Source: Dehalococcoidia bacterium
GTDB lineage: Bacteria; Chloroflexota; Dehalococcoidia; Lucifugimonadales; UBA3495
DNA length: 64,000 bases
Assembly (NCBI GenBank): GCA_965221385.1
Contig: OZ244885.1
Coordinates: forward strand, 1,088,643 to 1,152,642
Direction of reading: 5' to 3'
Below, piece by piece: positions 35,939 to 44,922 of the stretch (its first letter is position 1; each line of letters begins with the position of its first letter). The notes under the pieces were generated by a model, which was not told the origin of the DNA, did no database searches, and saw only the letters and a list, made by a program, of their open reading frames with translations. The translations under genes were made by a program, and so were the position numbers.

Positions 35939-38230
35939 ATGAACCTGGGAGAGTTCATCGACACTTACAGGGACGCCATCGCCAAGCGGGTGGTGGAGTC
36001 GTATCCGCCTCTCTACCAGCCCTCTGACAACGGCCACGCCCTGCCCAAGCTGCTGCGCCAACCCCTGGGCGCCCAGGCCGACGCCATTCGCGGCGCCGCT
36101 CTGTCGCTCCAATCCAACCTGGGAACCACCGTGGTAGGCGAGATGGGCACGGGCAAGACCTTCATCGCCACCGCCGCCGCCTATGCCGCCGGATTCCGGC
36201 GCGTCCTGGTCCTCTGCCCTCCGCACCTGACCCGCAAGTGGAAGCGCGAGGTCGAGGAGACCATCCCCGTTGCCCACGCCGCCATCGTGTCGTCCATCAC
36301 CGACCTGGAACGGCTGCGACGCTACGCCGGAACCGGCCCACTGTTCGCCATCATGTCGAGGGAGCGGGCCAAGCTGTCCTATCGCTGGAAGCCCTCGGTG
36401 GTGGAACGCTGGGCCGTCTCCGGCGGCCGGCTGGTGCGGGACGAAACAACGGGCGAGCCGTTCAGGATTCCCTGCTGTCCCTCCTGCCATGCCCAGTTGG
36501 TGGACCGCGACGGCGTTCCCCTGGCCGACGCCGAGCTGAGCCGCCGCAAGCGCAACTGCTTCCGGTGCAAGAGTCCGCTCTGGCAGGCCGACGGCGCCGG
36601 ACCCCGCCGTTACCCCCTCGCCGACTACGTGAAGAACCGGATGCGTGGCTTCTTCGACCTGCTGGTCGGCGACGAGGTGCACGAGTACAAGGCTCGTGGC
36701 TCGGCGCAGGGCATCGCCGCCGGAGTCCTGGCCGACGCCTGCGGCAAGTCGCTGAGCCTCAGCGGGACTCTGATGGGAGGCTACTCTTCGACCCTGTTCC
36801 ACCTGCTCTACCGGTTCTCCCCGGAGATTCGGTCCGAGTTCGGCCGGTCTGAGGAAGGACGCTGGGTTCAACGCTACGGCTTCTTGGAGCAGACGGTCGG
36901 GCGCGACGACGAAGACCCGGTGGAGGACGGGCGCAACAGCCGGCGCCGCAAGTACCGCAAGGTGGTGCGGGAGCGACCGGGCCTGGCTCCATCCCCCCTC
37001 TTCCACCTCATCGGCAACTCCATCTTCCTGCGCCTCTCCGACGTGGCATCAGGCCTGCCCGACTACTCGGAGCGAATCCTGCTGTCGGGCATGGACTCCG
37101 AGGCGGACACCACCGGCTACTCCCAGCGCGGCGCCTACGACCGGCTGTTCACCGTGCTGCGGGAAGCCCTGGCCGATGCGCTTTCCAAAGGTTCCAAGCG
37201 GCTGCTGGCCGCCTACCTCCAGTCGCTGCTGGCCTACCCCGACGGCTGCACTCGCGGCGAGTCGGTCTTCGACCCCCGGAACGGCGACCTGCTGGTGCAG
37301 GTTCCGCCGCTGTCCGAGGACAAGCTCTACCCCAAGGAGAAGGCCCTGGTTGACCTGGTGGCCGCCGAGCGGATGGCCGGTCGCCGAGTCCTGGTGTACG
37401 TTACTCACACCGGAACCCGTGACATCACCGGCCGCATGGACGAAATCCTGACCCGGCATGGGTTCAAGGTGGCCGTGATGAAGGCCGACGCCGTGGCGCC
37501 GGAGCGACGGGAATCCTGGGTAGCCGACAAGGTCAAGGCGGGCGTCGACGTGCTCATCTGCCATCCCCGGCTGGTGCAGACGGGCCTGGACCTAATCGAC
37601 TTCCCGACGATCTGCTGGTACGAAACCGACTACTCGGTGTACACCATGCGGCAGGCGTCCCGCCGCTCCTGGCGCATAGGGCAGACCCGTCCGGTGCAGG
37701 TGGTCTTCATGGCCTACCGGAACACGCTTCAGGCTGACGCCCTGAAGCTGGTCGCCAAGAAGCTGCAATCCTCGCTGGCGGTGGAGGGCGAACTCCCCGA
37801 AGATGGGCTGGCTGCCTACGGCGATGATGGCGACGACCTGATGCTGGCCCTGGCCCGCAAGATCGTCAACGGCGACGCGGAGGACGAAGCGGAAACCGTC
37901 GAGCAGGTCTTCGCCCAAGCCCGCGACGCCGAGACTGCCGCCGAGGAACTGCTGGTGGACGACCAATGGCAGGCGGTGGAAGCTGCGCCGGGGGCGGTGG
38001 AGGTAATCGACAAGGGAGCGATGAAGCCGGTCGAACCGGCGGTCAACGGCCCTGGCGAACCGGACGTTCCGGAAGACCAGCAGTCCCTGTTCTCCTGGGC
38101 GGAATTCCTGGCAGAAGACCCCTCGCCAGTCAGGAAGCGGGGCCGCAAGCCGGAGCCAGCCGTAGCCTCCCTGTTCCAGTGGGCGCTGGAGCAGGAAAGG
38201 GAGGCCGAGCCGGTGGGAGCCGGCCGGTAG
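35939..38230 (+). CDS. SNF2-family helicase
   Basis: GEMGTGKT, DEVHEYK, and the helicase C block ..CHPRLVQTGLDL..QASRRSWRIGQ. Confidence 0.85.
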   Translation: MNLGEFIDTYRDAIAKRVVESYPPLYQPSDNGHALPKLLRQPLGAQADAIRGAALSLQSNLGTTVVGEMGTGKTFIATAAAYAAGFRRVLVLCPPHLTRKWKREVEETIPVAHAAIVSSITDLERLRRYAGTGPLFAIMSRERAKLSYRWKPSVVERWAVSGGRLVRDETTGEPFRIPCCPSCHAQLVDRDGVPLADAELSRRKRNCFRCKSPLWQADGAGPRRYPLADYVKNRMRGFFDLLVGDEVHEYKARGSAQGIAAGVLADACGKSLSLSGTLMGGYSSTLFHLLYRFSPEIRSEFGRSEEGRWVQRYGFLEQTVGRDDEDPVEDGRNSRRRKYRKVVRERPGLAPSPLFHLIGNSIFLRLSDVASGLPDYSERILLSGMDSEADTTGYSQRGAYDRLFTVLREALADALSKGSKRLLAAYLQSLLAYPDGCTRGESVFDPRNGDLLVQVPPLSEDKLYPKEKALVDLVAAERMAGRRVLVYVTHTGTRDITGRMDEILTRHGFKVAVMKADAVAPERRESWVADKVKAGVDVLICHPRLVQTGLDLIDFPTICWYETDYSVYTMRQASRRSWRIGQTRPVQVVFMAYRNTLQADALKLVAKKLQSSLAVEGELPEDGLAAYGDDGDDLMLALARKIVNGDAEDEAETVEQVFAQARDAETAAEELLVDDQWQAVEAAPGAVEVIDKGAMKPVEPAVNGPGEPDVPEDQQSLFSWAEFLAEDPSPVRKRGRKPEPAVASLFQWALEQEREAEPVGAGR

Positions 38231-38245
38231 CCTGGAACGCCCAAC

Positions 38246-38278
38246 GGGATGCCACCGCACGCGCTGCGGTGGCATCCC
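38246..38278. terminator. Perfect 14-bp stem-loop between convergent genes, followed by a T-run at 38303..38308
   Basis: GGGATGCCACCGCA-cgcgc-TGCGGTGGCATCCC. Confidence 0.5.
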
Positions 38279-38339
38279 ATGTCGGGCCATGTATGGCGGC
38301 TTTTTTGCGTTTTGGGTTCATCGCCACGGGATCAGTCTA

Positions 38340-41300
38340 CTAGACACCTACCGGGACGAATACATCAGGATGGTTTTGTACTTGTTCGGCAAATGGTTTG
38401 TCGTACCGGATGGTTATGACCCGGAATCCAAGGTCTTGCAATTCTGCACGGACCTTGGAGTCCGTCAATTGTTGCCCAGGTTCATCGTGATGTGGACCGT
38501 CCAAGAACACGCAAATGCCGGGGCGTCCCTCGCGTTCGTAGTAGAAGTCGGGCTGCACATGCAAATCCGAAGCAGGGCGGTTTTGAGCGTTGTCTGGCAG
38601 GCGGATGTGTCCCTTGTAGAGGAAATCGAGAAAGTCCATCTCCAACGTAGAATCCGCGAGTCCAGCCAACCACTCGTGCTGTTCTATATAGGTGCGCTTT
38701 CCTAGTTGGCGCACAGTTGTAGACGACGAAAGTAGGTCAAGATAGCTGCGAATGCTGTGGCGGTCCAGATGTCGGTGTTCCAACTGGTTGGAGTAGGAGA
38801 GCAGACACTCGTAGCAAGCGGCAGCGCAGTCCTTGTCCGCAGTTGAATCCTCGGACTGTTCCTCAAAATGGCACAGTTGCAGAGCTTGGAGGGCAACCTT
38901 CGCAATCGCGCCTGGCTCATTTGTCAGTTGCTCCCAAACACCGATGCCACCCTCCGCCGCCTCCCAGAGTAGCAGGCGGCGAAATTCACCCTCGCCTATG
39001 AGCTCAGCTTCAATTTCCTGCTCCTCCACTTGGTAGGCAAACTGGATTGCCCGCTTTAGTGCGTGAAGCAAGGAAATCTGAGAGCTCTCCGACATAATAT
39101 CTCGGAGTGGCTTGAGGAGAAGGATGTTTCTGAAATCTTGCACATACGGCTTGACGCCGGTCAGTGGGCCTACAATTGCAGGATCGCTCTCAGTTTCATC
39201 AGGCTCATCGCGAACTCCCCATCGCCCAGTTTGCCTGTCGATAGTAAATCCAGAGCGCTCACTCCTCCTCCAGCCGTGATTGATTCGCCAAACCCGTGCT
39301 CCGGGCGCGATCACCGCTTCCAAAATTTCCTCGCCATCTTTAGAGCGAACAATTGCACGTTGGGCGCTGGTGCTAGAAAAATTGAAGTGCGTGGTCACGT
39401 CGTAGCCGCTTCGAACGCGCTCCTCTTCTTCTGACGAGATTCTGTCCGTGGCGCGGGCGCGCATCGTTGGCTGGGGGAGTAACCGTTGGGGGAAGCCGGA
39501 CGTCGAACCATCCAGCTTGGTTTCGCAGTGAATGCAAAGCTCAACGTTGACATCTTCCCCGTCGTGAGCGTACCCACAAACATTGCAAAGCTTGGCGCTG
39601 GTAAGCACTCCCTCAATGCCGGCCGGAGGGATCAATGCTTCACGTATCCGGTGCTTGCGTCCCTCGTGGTACACCTGATTGCCCGGCCCAAATTCAGTGA
39701 GGCCCAGAAAGCGGGGGCGGTCAATGATTTGAGCGTTCTGTTCAACGGTTACTGTGGTTCTGACGGGCAGTCTTGGGAAGTTGTACCCAGGAAGAAATCC
39801 CTCGCCGGCAAGGTAGCGATACGGATAGAAGTCAGACTCCTCATACCGGTTTGTTCGATTGAGCAGCAACCCAATCTCGCGTCGGGCCTCCGCCTCCCGC
39901 CTCTCGGCTTCTTCCCGATCCTTCCTACTAGCGTGGGGATCATCAACTACGCGGTGGGCTGCGTCGCGCAAGGCGAGGGTGGAACGGTATAACTCACGCC
40001 AACGATCAAAAGCCCTGTCTAGGGCTTCGGGCGCCGACCTCAACGTATCCTGAATCCAATCATCCGAAAACCACTTTGCCTCCCGGATGTCCTCGGTTCT
40101 CTTGATGATCTGTTGGGCGCGGTCCACGGCTTCAATTATCCGCATCTCGCTGTTCGATCCCCGCAAGGCCTCGGCATTTTCTGGCTGGATGGGGAAATCA
40201 CTTTCATTCAGATCAAGAATTTCGGCCATTCCACTGCCCAAGCGTAGTCCGGTTGTGGCAAGCCAGGTGGAGTACAAGTGGGCTTTGACCAATTCCTGAT
40301 TTTGGAGGTCCATTCGCGCCGGGGTGACTGCGCCGGCAATCATCTCGTTTCGGCGTCCGAAGTAGTATTGGTCATGGGCATTACCGTGTGCAGCGTAGGC
40401 AACGATTAGGGCAGGACGCCCCCCTCGACCAGCACGGCCACTGCGCTGGGCATAGTTGGCGGGAGTGGGCGGGACATTGCGAAGGTGTACTGTGTCCAAG
40501 TCCCGAATGTCCACGCCCAATTCCATCGTTGGTGAACAGAACAGGGCTGATAGTTCGCCTCGCCTGAAATTGTCTTCGCGCGCTAAGCGAGTTTCTGAGA
40601 CGACCTGCCCAGTATGCTCGGCTGCAAGCATTCCACGCAATTGGCGCGCTTGATGCTTGTACAGATGGACGAAGTAGTCGTTTGCCTCACCGGCGCCAGC
40701 TATTTCTCGCTTTAGGTGCAAGGACCGCGACCTTATCGGATCAGGGGGCGCAGGACGGCCGTCGCCGGCGGTCCAAACCATACTTGCTGCCAGTAACCTT
40801 ACCCCTCGGACCTCCCCGCCGCTATCAGATACGGTAGAGAGTAGATGTCCACGTAACGCAGCTACAATGCCGATTACGATGTCTTCAGCCTCTTGCGGGG
40901 AAATGCTTCTCTCCAAATTCCAAGCATGGGCTGAGCGCAGATAGCGCGCTACGTTGGAACGCGCTCCCAATCTAAGCACACCTCGTTGCCTGCCTTCGGT
41001 TCGAGTCGTCTGTACACCCGGCAGCAGCGCGATGCCTTGCGCCCGCAGGCGATCACCGTCATCGAATCGCCACGGGTCCCGTAACCACTGACTTGCCCGG
41101 TCGCGCAGACTTCGGGTCGAACTCTCGCTGAGGGATTCTGCTTCAATAGCAAGATTCATCCTCAGATGGTCGAGGAACGCGCGGATCACCCCAGTTCGCG
41201 TCTCTGGGGTGGCGTCGCCGATAGTAGGTAGTTCCTGCCACAGCGATTCGTCCGCGGTCAGTTTTTCGAGCCCGGCGTATTCGATTCGGAGTAGACCCGT

Positions 41301-43430
41301 CTGCTCCAAGTTAGGTTGCGTGATTCTCCAACCTCGGCTCAAGTCCTCCAAGGTTCTGTAGGCCAGAACGTCAATGATAGTTCGACGCCCAGTGTCATAG
41401 CCAGGGCCGCTTGCTACCGGCTCTTTCAGAAAGTCACCGGGCCGCAGTTGCAACGCATCGAAGACTTCCTGCCCCATCTGGTCGAACGTGAGGTGATGAT
41501 TTCTGCTCAGCGCCTCGACGATACCGGACCTGAGCAATGCCACCTGTACAAAGTCGTTCAGGTGACCGGCTTGCAGGGAGGCATCCTGCCGGTTGTCGGT
41601 AAAGCTGAGGGACTTCGTTTCCTCAGATGGTAGGCCCTGTTCAGCCATGCCCGAAACCGCCGCGTTCACCGCGATGGTAGTTGCTGTGGACCGCCCGGTT
41701 TGACTGAGCGAGGACAGTTTACGAAAGTCGTTCTGACGGGAATCATATACAGCACGACAGCGAAGGCATATTAGGAACGGTCTGGGCTGATACCATCCCG
41801 TCACACTGTTATCGGACCCGTCGTTTAGCCCTCCGCCAGGGGACGCGCTGTACTGGATGGGACGGAAGCGGGCATAGCCTGCCTTGATCGCCAGACCGGA
41901 ACGACGCTCGTTGAACCAGTGCTCCGGCAATTCGGTATCGTCGCCATTCCATAGGTCTTCTTCCTCAAGGGCAAAAAACCCGTCCTCTCCTTCGATGTCC
42001 TCGGTGGCTATTCCCACCATGGGTGAGCGAGGCACGAGGGACTCAAACCCTTCCCGTTCGGTCCGCGCAACCAAGTAATACTCCTGTCCGCACTCACGGC
42101 AGAAGGCCAGGGGGAATAGCAGTCGGTTTCCGTCGGCCCGATACTGGCCGTCCATCCTGAATTCCCTGGAACCAGCGTCCTCCAGGGTTGCGTAGACGCT
42201 GCTGCCTGATGAGAACCACTGGTGCAACCGGAAAGCCAACAATGGCTGACCGTCTTCGCCCTTGGCCTCATTACCGGCCTCCAATATTGCCCGCAACTGC
42301 TCCTCGCACTGTCCTACGGGAAGGCTGGTCTCGTCGGCCAGGCGCTGGGATATTGCGTCGAAGGTTTCCGGTGGACGGCGAACGAGCCTTCCGTCCTCTT
42401 CTTTCAGCCCGAAGGCTTCTTCCGTCCATGCCGTTAGTGGATGCTGGCGGACGGCATCTGCTTCCGGTGTCGGCGCCGGAGCCTCTACTGCCGCTCGCAA
42501 CGACGCGGCATCTGTGGGCGTTGGAACCCCAGCGACGCGCCGTAGCGTTTCGTCCACCACGTTGGCGGCGGGAACGTTCAGCCCGAAGAACTTGGACGCT
42601 AGTCCCGCCGCCGCTTCGTTGCGTTCTTGCCGGGATCCGCCGGTTACGATAGTGGCGCTTGTGGCGATGGCCTGGAGGTCTCTTCCGGCGCTTTCCTGCA
42701 AACGCCGAGTTAACATGGCTACATCGGCGCCCTGCCGTCCCCGATAGAAGTGCAATTCATCCATCACCAACGTTTGAAGGCCTTGAGTGGCGGTGGCAAG
42801 CAGTGGCCGTTCGGCGGGGCGAAGTAGCATGTACTCCGCCATGACATAGTTGGTCAGCAGAATATGTGGCGGGTCTTCCTTTATGCGCTCCCGTTCCTCA
42901 GCACGGTCCTGGCCAGTGTAGCGGTCAAAACGGACGGGAGAATCGGGATAGTTCTCCTCTTGGAAAGCTCGCAACGCATCCAATTGGCTGTTGATCAGGG
43001 CGTTCATCGGGTAGATAAGCAGCGCGCGGACAGAATGAGTCTCCGGAGAATTCCGGATGATGGCATCATAGATGGGCGCCAGGTAGGTGAGGCTCTTGCC
43101 GGAACCGGTCCCGGTGGTGACGACGTAGGATTCGCCCCGCAAACCTATTTCGATGGCCTCTCGCTGGTGGCGGAAGAGACGCAGGCCCTCGCCAAAATAG
43201 CGCGCGGTCTCCGACGCGATTACCCCGTCGGCCGCCAGCTCCCCCATGGTTCGATCCCGCTCAAAGGCTGGATTCAGCTGGAGAACCGCATCAGGCCAGA
43301 GTTCCCCCTCGTCCAGCATTTTTTGGACGTAATTGTCGATTCGCTGGTCCAGAACTTGGACAAAGCTCTTCACGTAGTCCCGGTATTCCGAAACTACCGT
43401 TTCCCTCAGCTTAAAGACATCCAGTGTCAT
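38340..43430 (-). CDS. DEAD/DEAH helicase fused to a DUF1998 (MrfA-type Zn-binding) domain and a C-terminal Vsr/DUF559-like endonuclease fold; DrmA+DrmB-like
   Basis: TTGTGSGKS, VMDELH, SATI; CNVCGY..CIHC and CAAACYECLLSYSNQ; C-terminal PDFYY..ICVFLDGPHHD..R..L..GFRV. ATG at 43430, 8 nt after the MTase stop. Confidence 0.8.
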   Translation of the reverse strand: MTLDVFKLRETVVSEYRDYVKSFVQVLDQRIDNYVQKMLDEGELWPDAVLQLNPAFERDRTMGELAADGVIASETARYFGEGLRLFRHQREAIEIGLRGESYVVTTGTGSGKSLTYLAPIYDAIIRNSPETHSVRALLIYPMNALINSQLDALRAFQEENYPDSPVRFDRYTGQDRAEERERIKEDPPHILLTNYVMAEYMLLRPAERPLLATATQGLQTLVMDELHFYRGRQGADVAMLTRRLQESAGRDLQAIATSATIVTGGSRQERNEAAAGLASKFFGLNVPAANVVDETLRRVAGVPTPTDAASLRAAVEAPAPTPEADAVRQHPLTAWTEEAFGLKEEDGRLVRRPPETFDAISQRLADETSLPVGQCEEQLRAILEAGNEAKGEDGQPLLAFRLHQWFSSGSSVYATLEDAGSREFRMDGQYRADGNRLLFPLAFCRECGQEYYLVARTEREGFESLVPRSPMVGIATEDIEGEDGFFALEEEDLWNGDDTELPEHWFNERRSGLAIKAGYARFRPIQYSASPGGGLNDGSDNSVTGWYQPRPFLICLRCRAVYDSRQNDFRKLSSLSQTGRSTATTIAVNAAVSGMAEQGLPSEETKSLSFTDNRQDASLQAGHLNDFVQVALLRSGIVEALSRNHHLTFDQMGQEVFDALQLRPGDFLKEPVASGPGYDTGRRTIIDVLAYRTLEDLSRGWRITQPNLEQTGLLRIEYAGLEKLTADESLWQELPTIGDATPETRTGVIRAFLDHLRMNLAIEAESLSESSTRSLRDRASQWLRDPWRFDDGDRLRAQGIALLPGVQTTRTEGRQRGVLRLGARSNVARYLRSAHAWNLERSISPQEAEDIVIGIVAALRGHLLSTVSDSGGEVRGVRLLAASMVWTAGDGRPAPPDPIRSRSLHLKREIAGAGEANDYFVHLYKHQARQLRGMLAAEHTGQVVSETRLAREDNFRRGELSALFCSPTMELGVDIRDLDTVHLRNVPPTPANYAQRSGRAGRGGRPALIVAYAAHGNAHDQYYFGRRNEMIAGAVTPARMDLQNQELVKAHLYSTWLATTGLRLGSGMAEILDLNESDFPIQPENAEALRGSNSEMRIIEAVDRAQQIIKRTEDIREAKWFSDDWIQDTLRSAPEALDRAFDRWRELYRSTLALRDAAHRVVDDPHASRKDREEAERREAEARREIGLLLNRTNRYEESDFYPYRYLAGEGFLPGYNFPRLPVRTTVTVEQNAQIIDRPRFLGLTEFGPGNQVYHEGRKHRIREALIPPAGIEGVLTSAKLCNVCGYAHDGEDVNVELCIHCETKLDGSTSGFPQRLLPQPTMRARATDRISSEEEERVRSGYDVTTHFNFSSTSAQRAIVRSKDGEEILEAVIAPGARVWRINHGWRRSERSGFTIDRQTGRWGVRDEPDETESDPAIVGPLTGVKPYVQDFRNILLLKPLRDIMSESSQISLLHALKRAIQFAYQVEEQEIEAELIGEGEFRRLLLWEAAEGGIGVWEQLTNEPGAIAKVALQALQLCHFEEQSEDSTADKDCAAACYECLLSYSNQLEHRHLDRHSIRSYLDLLSSSTTVRQLGKRTYIEQHEWLAGLADSTLEMDFLDFLYKGHIRLPDNAQNRPASDLHVQPDFYYEREGRPGICVFLDGPHHDEPGQQLTDSKVRAELQDLGFRVITIRYDKPFAEQVQNHPDVFVPVGV

Positions 43431-44309
43431 AGCTGCCTCTACTCGGTAAGGTCTGGGGCTTGACCTTGCGCCAGTTGGTCGTAGGCTTTCAGGACGTAGC
43501 GTTGGGTCCGGTACTCGCCGAACTCCCGCATCTCGTTGCGCTTGAGGCCTGGGAAAGATCGGGACGGCTCCGGCGCGTCGAGGATCCACTCCAAGTCGGG
43601 CCGATCCAATTGGTACATGTGGGCGTAGATGGCGTCCAACTCGCACTTCAGCCGGTGGCGCCGCTCCTCATCCCAAGGGAAGGGTGGGCCGTCGTAGCCA
43701 AGGTCCCGGGCGAAGGGTTCCAGGTCGTGGGCTGTGTAGGTCAGTTCCAGCACCCGTGGCACCACCATCTCCACCCAAGCAACGCCGGGCGAACCCTCCT
43801 CCAAGTACACCTCTGGCGGCAGCACCGGCAGCTGCTTCAAGATGAAGAAGTTCAGATTGACGCCCCCGACAGACAACCGAGCAGCCCAATCAAGCGGCAG
43901 ACTGTTCAAGTTTGCCAACACCAAGCATGAAGCGGTTGATTGCCAGTTTTCGTAGGCGAGAACTGGCGCACTATTGCCTACACCGCCGGTTGGCAGGTTT
44001 TCTGTCACCACAGTCCGCTCATTGGTTGCGTTAGTGATGCCCCGGATAGCCTGAAGCCAACTGGATGATTCCAGACGGATCAATGGCGCTTTGTTGCTCA
44101 CGGCGACTCCAGGTATTGCCATGCAGATTGCGGTTCGTTCGTTGGTTGGGCTTGCGATGTCCCTGAATACAATGACCCAACCGAAATGGTAGTGCCAGAA
44201 TCGCTGAGGCCCACGCTTGCTATCATTGCGGAAATTCCCGTTCGCTCGTTGGTCGGGTTGGTGATTTTCCTGAGAGCGAGCTGCGAGCCAATGCCGCGAG
44301 GGTACGTAG

Positions 44310-44417
<108 letters not shown>

Positions 44418-44913
44418 TAGGATGGTATCGCCGGTGTTTTCTGATTTGTCAAGTCTTTCAGCGACCTCTTTTTCCGGGACCCAGTAACGCGGCATGATCA
44501 CGGTGTAAGGGTCAGCCTTTTCCTCGTCGGTCAGCTCGCGGGCGTTGCCGCCCAGCAGGGCTTTCTCGTCCACGCCATCAAAGGTGGCAAAGCGGTGGTC
44601 GTACTGGTGGAACAGCTTGGCCTCATATAGTGGCAGGTAACGTTCCACATCCTCCCCTTCTCCTCGCACGAACACGTTGCTCTGTAGCCCAAATCCGGCC
44701 TCCTCAAAGCTCCCTCCAGGAGCGGAAGATGCTGGAGTCGTTGGACATGTCGAACATTCTCTGGAATCTGACGCCCCAGGGGTTGCTGACTGAGGGAGAG
44801 TCTTTCCTTCTAGCCGGTAGCCCTGAGCTTCCAGTTCTGTCCGAGTTCGAAACAGACCGGATGCGCTTGACATGTGAAACATCGACTGAAACCGTACGCT
44901 CCAAGGATTCCTG

Positions 44914-44922
44914 CCCCCCCCC
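44914..44922 (-). repeat. G9 homopolymer (C9 on the plus strand) within the methyltransferase gene
   Basis: Counted directly; lies at the switch between track ORFs 44704..47916 and 44223..45074. Confidence 0.95.

Larger units (their letters stand above)
28365..38081. repeat. Right arm of the diverged inverted duplication (partner 1..8720)
   Basis: See the left arm; this arm retains 32140..35281, which is replaced in the left arm. Confidence 0.85.

Noticed and set aside
1-38230. The inverted duplication as an assembly artefact or collapsed repeat
   Set aside because: The arms differ throughout at nucleotide and protein level. They have different regulators and operators, and one arm has a unique cassette. 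A mis-assembly would give near-identical copies.
38340-43646. The N-terminal 72 codons of the 1768-aa track ORF
   Set aside because: They overlap the methyltransferase 3' end and are Arg/Pro-rich. MTLDVFKLRET.. at 43430 begins the helicase-like sequence 8 nt after the upstream stop.
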